DNA of 64,000 nucleotides from contig CM120645.1 of assembly GCA_051362555.1 (NCBI GenBank), forward strand, positions 21,948,001-22,012,000, given 5' to 3'. Below, piece after piece: positions 1 to 8,985 of this stretch. The DNA is from Lingula anatina. Lineage: Eukaryota; Animalia; Brachiopoda. The notes beneath the pieces were generated by a model that saw nothing but the letters and a program-made list of their open reading frames with translations, searched no databases and had not been told where the DNA came from. Each line of letters begins with the position of its first letter. Within the stretch, counting starts at the first letter, position 1. The position numbers were made by a program, and so were the translations under genes.

Positions 1-1716
1 GTCATTTAAAGGCAGAGACAAATTGTATAACGCTACCGTATTATACAATATTTGTAAAAATCACAATTTAATTTAACGAAAAGATCGAATGCATGTAATA
101 ACTGTATAATGGGCAGATGCAGATCATCTGTAAAACTCATCTTTTTCAATTTACAATAATTGTTCATTAAATGAAACAGGACCTTCAATGATTAGGGCAT
201 GCATAGTGGGGAATACCACAGTTTATTTTGCCCTGAATTGCATGTGTTTACTTACGTTTTCAGACCTTAACCTTGATTCAAATTAGGTTTTTAATTGATG
301 ATGGGTCTGCATGATTGCCCAAAGTTCAACTCAGATGAACTTTGTTTAACAATGCTGTTATGAATTAAGTGTAAATAGTGCAGTTTAAGGTAGAGATTGA
401 TGGTAAAAAGTGCTTTATGATACAGAATGATTGTTACCTATTACAAAAATTGCAATTAATTATTATCAAATTCAATGTGTATGTGTGTGAGGGTGTGATA
501 AATATATTTAGAAAAAATTTTAATGATATTCTGTTGAAAACTCTTTTAATTTTTTCTAGGCTTGAATAGGACCAGGATTAATCCTTTTGCCATTCTCGTA
601 ACAAAATTATCGTAACAAAAGCACCCATCATTTCCAAATGCTGTGTGGCAGTGAGCACCATCACAACCTCTGTGATACTTCTGTGGGATGAAAAATATAT
701 TCTTGAGTTGGGCTGTCCCTAATATTAATAGTCATTGGTTATCAGTTTATAGAAATGCAGTTTATGAAATCATTTTAGGTTTTAACCACATAAAATTAGT
801 TAAAAGTGTAGGGTATGTGCCAAAATCTACTTATTAAAAATAAAACAAGATTATTCAAATGCAAATAGGGATTGGTACCAGGTATCAGTGAAAGAAAACC
901 TGCCAACTCTGGAAATTTTTTTAAAATAATATTATTTGTAAAAGTTGAAGTGGTCCACTTTATGACAGGGAATTGTGTGTTAGTTGGTGAAGTATATAAA
1001 TGTGTACCAGTCAAGTAAGGCAGCATTCAATTATCACCTACTGGGTAATCAATTTACAATGTAATGTAAAATAACGATTTTTGCACAGTTTTAAAGATTT
1101 TAATTAAAATGGATGTAAAAAATATTGACATTTTCTGTTGGTGATACCATGTTTCAGATGTTCTACAAGTATTTCAAATGTAAAAAGGAAATAATATAAC
1201 AATGTGATTAAATAAAAATTGTCTTTCATTTGTTATTTTTTCATATTTCAGTGAAAGGAATACCCTCATCAATTGGTTTCATGAAATGAAAATGGTTTAT
1301 TTACAACAAAAAAACGTCACAAGTTTTTATATAAGCATCCTGGTAAGTGCCATAAAAATCATTTTCATTGTCTCCACTTACTAGTTTCTCTTTATAAGAA
1401 ACACTAAAATACGTAAAACTAAAACGAGGCTGAAGTGTTCGAGATAGCACAAAGTCAAAGCGAGGCTAATATACGGATACTGTTAGGGCGAGTTTTCAGG
1501 CTTACATGGCTGTGAATTGATCTGTGCCATTCCTAGGCTGAGGCAAAATTCTTTACATGCTTAAATTGACAGAAAGCTGAATAAATTTGCCACAACTTAA
1601 CTGGTAATTCAAAGTTGGACGGAGGCCTCTATCGATGCAAAGTTCAGAGTTAAATATGAATTTCCGTATTTGCATTGGTAAATTTTCGATTTTAAACTCA
1701 TTTCTAACACTAAATA

Positions 1717-1717
<1 letters not shown>

Positions 1718-1763
<46 letters not shown>

Positions 1764-1822
1764 GCGGTGTTTAGTATCGGTAGTGTAACAAAGAGAGAGA
1801 GAGAGAGGCAGAGAGAGAGAGA
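1718..1822. repeat. (CT)n and (GA)n microsatellites flanking a ~30-bp spacer
   Basis: Visible (CT)~22 at 1718-1762 and imperfect (GA)n at 1792-1822. Confidence 0.9.
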
Positions 1823-1917
1823 GCACTAAATGATTTGAGGATACATTTGCAGGCTCACTTGACTACATTATGTACAAAATATATACAGATAAACATTCAT
1901 ATATGTTTACTTATTTT

Positions 1918-2115
1918 AGGCGTGTAACATGCTTAGGAGCTAAACGTGTTTAGCGTCTTACACATCCATAGAGATAAGTATTGTATCAACAATACAATGT
2001 AAAAACAGTGTTTAGCCTCTAAACATATTTCTAAGCGCCTGTTTTGTCTCATTTTTTTTTCAACTCGTTTAGCTCTGTTCAAAGCACTTTAGGCTCCTAA
2101 GCAAGTTACACGCTT
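1918..2115. mobile_element. ~200-bp MITE (possibly PIF/Harbinger-type)
   Basis: Inverted termini GGCGTGTAACATGCTTAGGAGC ... GCTCCTAAGCAAGTTACACGC, flanked by TTA-like sites. Confidence 0.6.
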
Positions 2116-2982
2116 TTAGCCTGAATATATATAATTCACGATCACCTTTGCTTGTTATATCTATCTATAACATGATACCGTAATCTATCAACATCAAAAA
2201 GGTTACTCAAATGCATTTATAGCTGGACTTATTCATTTTTTGTTAGCTAACCTTGCGAGGAGGTTTAAGCAAGTTGGGGAAATTCACTAATTTACTATAG
2301 ACACCAAACAACTATCAATTTCACTTTAACGCACCTTTTTTCATATTTTGATAAAGTTCGTTATAGTGTTGATGTCTACTTAATCTTTCCGGAAGTAATG
2401 AACAATAGAACATTAGGATGGTGATGGGGCATTCAGCATAATAGTTTGAGCATTCATCTCATGCTAGTTATTTCGGTAACGATGGTCCGAAAATTCTACG
2501 AATCGCACCGCTCAACCGCTCGCCGACTAGCCCCAAGCCCAATTTGGAACTAACCTCTTAATGTAGTTAAAACAGCGAAAGAAGTGTTTTGGTTATTTAT
2601 AAAAAGAACATTCAAAACATTATATAATGTTTTTACAGAATATTATAAAAACACTAATAAAACTCCACAAGATAACGTTATGATAAAGTTTTGTAGAAAC
2701 GGCCTTCAAATCTTTTGACAATTATTTTTACGTTACTTTGCTTCTTGTTAGTTGGGACATTATTTTGCATGGAGTTAAAAACATGCATAACGTTACCATT
2801 ACGTTACCATAACGTTATCATTATATTATTCATCTGCATATATTCATCTGATAACGTCATGAAAACGTTGTTTTCTCTGCTATTACTAATGGACATATTT
2901 CAAATAAGCATAAGTTAGTGCAAGGAAGGACACAGATTTCTGAAAGCAAAGAATTCCTTAGGGCCGTAGGCTTGCATGCAGC

Positions 2983-3398
2983 TTACATGTCTTTCGTGGC
3001 AACAGAAATAGTTGCCGCCAGATGAAGAGCGGTTGCTAGAGTACAAAAATCCCGATAGCAAATACGACGGTCATCACATTGTAATCTATCTGACGGATTA
3101 GTTTCAATTATCCGCTGACGATTTTGACTTCGTGGTTCCCAGTAAGCCTTTGCACAGAATAACAACACTGCCATCAAAATGCAACCTAATACAATCCCCA
3201 CAGCGAAGGACATTAGCTTAAACTTTTTCTCATATTTCCATTTATTTATCCACTGAAGAGTTTGATACCGGCGTTCCCAGTGAGCCATATGCTCTTGCAC
3301 AGCTTTTAATTCTCCCATAACCATGTGGTTCTGAGTCTGCGGCTCTGGTACAGTATCTCGTAGATCACTGCATGTTGGACTGGAGTGTTCCTCTGGAA
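2983..3398 (-). CDS. Probable 3' coding exon of the TIR-domain gene: coiled-coil-like segment, transmembrane helix and C-terminal tail
   Basis: Acceptor TTATCCTCTCAG|TT at 3399/3398 is phase 1, matching the phase-1 donor of both TIR exons. Encodes VPEEHSS...LKAVQEHMAHWERRY...KFKLMSFAVGIVLGCILMAVLLFCA. Ends at TAA 2983-2985, or at a donor AT|GTAAGC at 2987/2986. Confidence 0.65.
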
Positions 3399-3419
3399 CT
3401 GAGAGGATAAACAACTCTA

Positions 3420-5070
3420 CAACATTGGTCAAAAGGTTGTCCCACCCCCATTTACATTTACCTTTATTTACAAATGATCACTTAACAGTTGTACATTGTT
3501 ATATATAGTGTTTTTTATTCCGTATACCATGTCTACCATGATTAATGGTTAAAAAACACAGAATAGTGGTAAAATTACACACATATATACCATTTAGTAA
3601 AAATTATAACAGGTAACCCCTCAAATCCAATGTTTCATTGTGATTTCTACAGATGTAAATAAAAGAATATTTAATTTGAAAAGACGCCATCAAATGTCAC
3701 CAAATTTATACACAATTAGCATTAGAGTGTTCTCGTTAAAGGTCACATGCCTAATATCGTGTACGTCTACCGGATACTGCAATTATCTCCTGTAGATGGC
3801 GCGACTAGCCTTCAAAAAGGGTAACTGTTCTGTTTGTGGGGTATTGTCCAATTCTCCCTAAATAGCTAGGAGGAGTTGGTCCAGATTGTCAGAGGGTTTG
3901 TTCTCCTCTGCATTGCACACTCCAATTCACAGTTGATTAGTAAGGTTAATATTAGGGCTAAAAGATGGTGGCTCCATCCTTTGAGCATTGTGTTTCTACA
4001 ACAAATCGCTTGTCAGGCGAGAGGTGTGAGCGAGTGTGCTGTTATGATGTTAACCCCAAAGTCAGTTCTTGAAGATGGAGTGAGGTATCAGCTGAGAGTG
4101 CTACGTTTAGTGATCCCACAGGCACCTGAACCTGGCCATCCATCCCTGGAAGGAAGTCGGTTTTGCTGCAGAATGAAATTATTAGTTGTATCTCATCGAT
4201 GGTCAAATGATGGTCCGTAAACATGTTGAAAATGCCTCTTGGAAGGGTGTGTGCAGCATAATATCGCCTAAAGTGTTAGATCAGTCCGTATTTGAAGAAC
4301 AATCCAAGCCCATGGTTTTAGTACATTGTTCCTTATGGAACAAAACGTAACGGGACATTTTACTGTAAATTCTCAACAGATAGCTCACTCCATTGTCGAG
4401 AGGTTACTTTAGGGATGTATCGGCTTCATTGTGACAACGCACTTGCTCACAGCTCTCGTCTGGCAAGAGATTTGTTGCAGAGACACAGAGCTCTGAGGAT
4501 GAGAAAACCGTCTTTGAGCCCTGTTATTAATCCTACTGAGCACCTGGGGCATAAATTGGAATGTGCATTGCAGAGGCGAACCAATTACCAAATAACCTGG
4601 ACCAATTTGGCAACGCCTTTTAGGATGAATGAGACATTATTTCACAAAACAGAAATTTTGCCCTCGTTGAAGGCTTTTCGCGCAATCTACAGGAGATAAT
4701 TGCAGTACGCGATAGACGCACCCGCTATTAGGCACGTGACCTTAAACGTGCACATCCTAATGCTAAGTGTGGAAATTTGGTGACATTTGATGGCGACTAT
4801 TTAACTAAATTTAATAGACATTTCTTGACATCTATGGAAATCACAGTGAAACATTGGATTTCAGGGGATGCCTGTTATATATTTACTAAATGGTATAAAA
4901 TGTGCGCATTTCTGCCAATATATTTTGTATGTTTTAAACTATTAATCATGTTAGACACGGTATCTGGAATAAAAAGCACCGTATATAACAATTTACACTT
5001 GCGAGGCGATCATTTGTAAATATATAAGTATATGGGAATGGGGGTGGGACCACCTTTTTGACCAATGTTG
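3420..5070. mobile_element. Tc1/mariner-derived foldback element made of two inverted 3' halves
   Basis: Termini TA|CAACATTGGTCAAAAGG ... CCTTTTTGACCAATGTTG|TA. Diverged inverted arms of ~640 bp. A decayed Tc1 transposase C-terminus (CDNALAH...SPVINPTEHLGHKL, cf. QDNARPH...SPDLNPIEHLW) lies on + at 4430-4730, with an inverted copy at ~3770-4050. Confidence 0.8.
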
Positions 5071-5519
5071 TATATTTAAAAATGCACCATTTTAATTTTC
5101 ACGTATGTGTTTTCAAATTTTGCAATGATCTACGGTAGACTTTATCAAGAGAGGGCCAGCAACATGTCCTAAGAAAGGGCACTGTGGGCCTTGCCCTCCC
5201 TCCGCAAGGTCACCCCCCCCCCCCCCCATACAACAGAGCACCCTCTGAAATGTATAGCAAGCAGACAAAAGAAATCCATGCCATCTTATAGTGAAATTAG
5301 CTTCGTCTACTTCTCCATATTGCAGAGTGAACGAATGCAAACTTTTTTATTCTTAAACCTCGACCCCCTTTAACATGGGCCTAAGTCCGCCAGTGGTATT
5401 TGGTATCGGTAGTGTAACAAAGGTAATACATCAGTGCTCTAATGTTATTTTTTTTATTTGATTATCTTTTGAACAATAAGTAGTTAAACCTGTGTATCTT
5501 TAAATAAAGGGACACTCAC

Positions 5520-5923
5520 CTCTAAGCGTAGAAAACAACCTCTCCATAAATTCGGTATCATCGCCTCTGATGTGATTAAAGCGCCGAATACATAAGGATA
5601 AATTTTTCCAGTCGACGCCCAACAAGACAGGAATGACGATGCTTTTTCTCGTCTCGGAAGCCTTATACAGCGCCATATCTTCTCCAGAGTGGCACAAATG
5701 ACTTTTAAGATAGTCCTTGGAAATAAAGCAGATGACGTGCTTGCATTTTCCAATGGCTTCGCCAATACAATCCAATATTGATTTACCTAGGGGGAAATCT
5801 CTTTCTGAATAGCAGCAGCTGACTCCTCTTTCCTCCAATTTGATCTGGACCGATTCAACAAATGCAGCATCCTCGGTACTGTGAACCAAAAACACGTCAT
5901 AGAAGTCTTCGCGAAGAACACCC
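5520..5923 (-). CDS. TIR-domain exon A (404 nt, phase 2 in / phase 1 out)
   Basis: YDVFLVHSTEDAAFV...GVSCCYSERDFPLG...VICFISKDYLKS...IVIPVLL. Acceptor TTTATCTTTCCAG|G, donor AG|GTGAGT. Confidence 0.9.
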
Positions 5924-6429
5924 CTGGAAAGATAAATGTTACTCCTTAATAATGATGCCCGTAATGCAATGCCAATGTATAGTTTAATCACCTAAGCTTT
6001 AATAATAAAAATAAAATAAAATGTAATGAATTTAACAATAATAAAAGTAACCTTAACTGAGATTGTAAAAATAATGAAAATAAAAATAAATAAGTCAATA
6101 CAATAACAAAGCAGCAAAGGTGTCAAATGTACAGCCAAAAAAGCAGAAACTATGTTGCATAAAATAGCCAGTGAATTATGATGCAATAATACATTATGCT
6201 AAACAAAAGAACCAGCACCTATTTAATGATTCACGTCAGGTAACATGGATATTAAACATTTATATAACTAGCGTGAGGCTGCAGGGACATTAGAGTTCAA
6301 TACAAAAATTTGCAAAGCCAGAATGAGAAAAATGCAAATTTCACGAAATATATTCTATGTCAATCCTTATACAATCAATAATTTTGGTCTCAAATAATAT
6401 GTAATACAGTTACATGGCAAGTGTGGTAC

Positions 6430-6810
6430 GTGACAGTGCACAAAAAAACATTATTGTTATTTTTTGATGAAATACAACATAAAAAGTATCAGCAAAATAA
6501 CCCCCTGTTTGTAATCATCTACTACACATAACATGGACTTTCGGAAAATATAACTGCTATAACGATTTTATTCACGCAGTTTACCTCACTATGTTCTGAC
6601 GGGTCAAGGGTCAAGTGACAGTGACAGTGCACAAAAAAAACATTATTGTTATTTTTTGATGAAATACAACATAAAAAGTATCAGCAAAATAACCCCCTGT
6701 TTGTAATCATCTACTACACATAACATGGACTTTCGGAAAATATAACTGCTATAACGATTTTATTCACGCAGTTTATCTCACTATGTTCTGACGGGTCACA
6801 GGGTCAAGGA
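6430..6810. repeat. Direct ~190-bp tandem duplication at the LINE 5' junction
   Basis: GTGACAGTGCACAAAAAAA...CTATGTTCTGACGGGTCA occurs twice, nearly identical (6430-6607 and ~6621-6798). Confidence 0.9.
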
Positions 6811-7185
6811 CAGAAAACGATCAAACCGTCTGAGTGATCGGCTCCTGCACTTTTTTCGTATTTACATGTTTTTTGTATTCCGATCATCAAGTTCGAGTAG
6901 CAGTGATTGTATATGAACATATAGGGACTCCCAACGAAGGACAAAGAGGTGACATCATTCACAGAGATAAGTGCATTTTGAAGAGCAAAACTGTCTTGTC
7001 CTGTATCTCTATATACGGACGCCATAGTAGGGCCTATACAAAGTAGCTCAGGCCAATTACATAATTTACCACCATAAAGGACTCCCCGGAGGGGGTGCAC
7101 AGCTTAGTAGGCGTAATTGCATTGCAATATTGCATAACAACTTTCCTACCTGATCTTTGCATTTTGCCGAAGGGCAAGTACCACT

Positions 7186-8259
7186 ATGGGAAAAAGGAAA
7201 AGGAAAAGAAAGTCAACCAATCAATCCGACAAAAACGACCACAACTCAGGGAATACTAGTGGTGACGACACTAGCGAACTTATACTAAGTTCTATATTAG
7301 AAGAAACCCACAAAGTCCTGTACGATGAAGCAAATACAGCTGGAGAGTTAGGCACTCGTCTGAAACAATCGAACAGTATTTCGCCCGCCCGAGAAATTGT
7401 CCCAGAGTCCCACTCCAGAAACTGCTCATGTAGCAGACTTTTTCACGAAATCAACATGAAAATGGACTACATGTTAGAGGAAGTAATTAAAACGCAAAAT
7501 GAAAAAATAAAAAAACTTGAAGAGACTACAATAAAACTTCAAAACGAGCTTGCCGAGAAGGATAGAGCAATAACTACCCTACAGAACAACGTAGCTTTTT
7601 GCATGAAAACCAACAACACTGGGGTAAAAAACAATGACAACACTGTCATCATTGCTAACTTATACGAGAATTCTGAAGAGAATCTGGAGGACAAAGTGGG
7701 TCAGATCTTACTTGATATAATGAGCGATGGCGAACGCGAGGATTCGTTCGAAATTCCAAATGTTCAGGAATGTATACGGCTTAAGGGTCGGAGTGGAAAG
7801 CCTGGGCTTGTGAAAGTGGCTTTTGGCTCCCTGGACGAAAAGGTGTGCGTACTGCGGAGGAAAAAAAACATAAGGAACAGTAAAGATCCAAGGCTTCGCA
7901 AAATATGGATAAGCAACAGTAAAAGTCATTGCGAGCGCGTTTTGGAAAAAAACATGGAGTTTATGCTCCACCAAATACCGGACGGTCATAGGTTCTTCAT
8001 TACCAACCATGGCTTGATCCGAGAAAAAACTCCTGAAATGTACAGAAGAGGTCAGCAGAACACGGGGGATAACACAAACACAATGAATGTGTGGACTGGG
8101 AAGCATGTTAGCAATCATCCAGGGATTTTTAACGGCCAACCACACCCAAACCCAGGGTTAGTTACCGCTCAAATGGGCCAACCTGTATATACTGTAAATA
8201 GCGTTCCAATTTTTAGGCCCAGAGTTCCTTCACCGCAGCTTTCAAGTACTCCAAGATAG
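7186..8259 (+). CDS. LINE A ORF1p (basic NLS-like N-terminus, coiled coil, RRM-like domain and CTD)
   Basis: MGKRKRKRK, heptad region, NTVIIANLYE...IRLKGRSGKPGLVKVAF...KVCVLRRKKNIR...KIWIS, as in L1-type (Transposase_22-like) ORF1p. Confidence 0.85.
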   Translation: MGKRKRKRKSTNQSDKNDHNSGNTSGDDTSELILSSILEETHKVLYDEANTAGELGTRLKQSNSISPAREIVPESHSRNCSCSRLFHEINMKMDYMLEEVIKTQNEKIKKLEETTIKLQNELAEKDRAITTLQNNVAFCMKTNNTGVKNNDNTVIIANLYENSEENLEDKVGQILLDIMSDGEREDSFEIPNVQECIRLKGRSGKPGLVKVAFGSLDEKVCVLRRKKNIRNSKDPRLRKIWISNSKSHCERVLEKNMEFMLHQIPDGHRFFITNHGLIREKTPEMYRRGQQNTGDNTNTMNVWTGKHVSNHPGIFNGQPHPNPGLVTAQMGQPVYTVNSVPIFRPRVPSPQLSSTPR

Positions 8260-8265
8260 GATCTA

Positions 8266-8985
8266 GTGGAGGGGAAAGTAACTAGGAAAGAAAATGCTTC
8301 AACTTTAAAATTGTCTGTAACCATCTATACTCTTGACAGGCACAACCCTGTGGTTGAAATCTTTGTTGCTTATCTGTGGTTGCTTAAGATCAAACCGAGT
8401 ATCACTGGTTTGAGAGATGGTATATTGATGTTCATAGTGTACATATATGTAACACATGAAGGTTCAAATTCTCGTAGGCATTATAATTGCGATCTTTATT
8501 GTGAGTTAGGAGGAAGTGTTTTGAATCATTTTCAACTGATCACAACTGACATAGTCGGCAATTTGCCTAGTAGACTTGTTAACTCGATTTATTCTTATAG
8601 TCAAATTTCTACTAGTATAGCAAAATGCAAAACGGAGCCAAATTACGTTATATCCTTATTTTCATTATCTTCTTTATCTCCAACACCCGTAACTTGCTGC
8701 TGGTTACCTCTGGTGACTATTATACTTCTACTGCTCTTAATTTCAGGGGAAGTCTACCCAAGCCCCGGTGACTCTCAGTCTTGGAAAGTGGAAACAATTT
8801 TAGTGTCTGCTACTTTTAATAACAGTACAAATTATCTCAATATATACAACCGAAATAATGTGCTAAACAATAGATTGGCCAAAAGTATGTCTTTTCTTAC
8901 CGGTACCTTTTTTCCATCCTCTCTGTTTATCTTACCAATAACTCCTGGTCTGCCCTTTAAATTTATTTATGTCTATTGCTCTTAA
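8266..8985 (+). CDS. Intervening ORF of LINE A: vestigial APE-endonuclease-like segment plus degenerate 2A-like motif
   Basis: 240 open codons, in frame with ORF1 after its TAG. YLWLLKIKPSITGLRDG...IVYIYVTHEGS...DLYCELG...IVGNLPSR resembles the APE core; also LLLLISGEVYPSPGD. Confidence 0.45.
   Translation: MEGKVTRKENASTLKLSVTIYTLDRHNPVVEIFVAYLWLLKIKPSITGLRDGILMFIVYIYVTHEGSNSRRHYNCDLYCELGGSVLNHFQLITTDIVGNLPSRLVNSIYSYSQISTSIAKCKTEPNYVISLFSLSSLSPTPVTCCWLPLVTIILLLLLISGEVYPSPGDSQSWKVETILVSATFNNSTNYLNIYNRNNVLNNRLAKSMSFLTGTFFPSSLFILPITPGLPFKFIYVYCS

Noticed and set aside
3399-3432. Start of ORF 2983-3432
   Set aside because: The start codon lies inside the Tc1 TIR, upstream of a good splice acceptor.
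5924-5991. N-terminal extension of TIR ORF 5500-5991 (and its C-terminal GECPFI)
   Set aside because: These parts lie outside the splice sites shared with the paralogous exon, so they are intron read-through.
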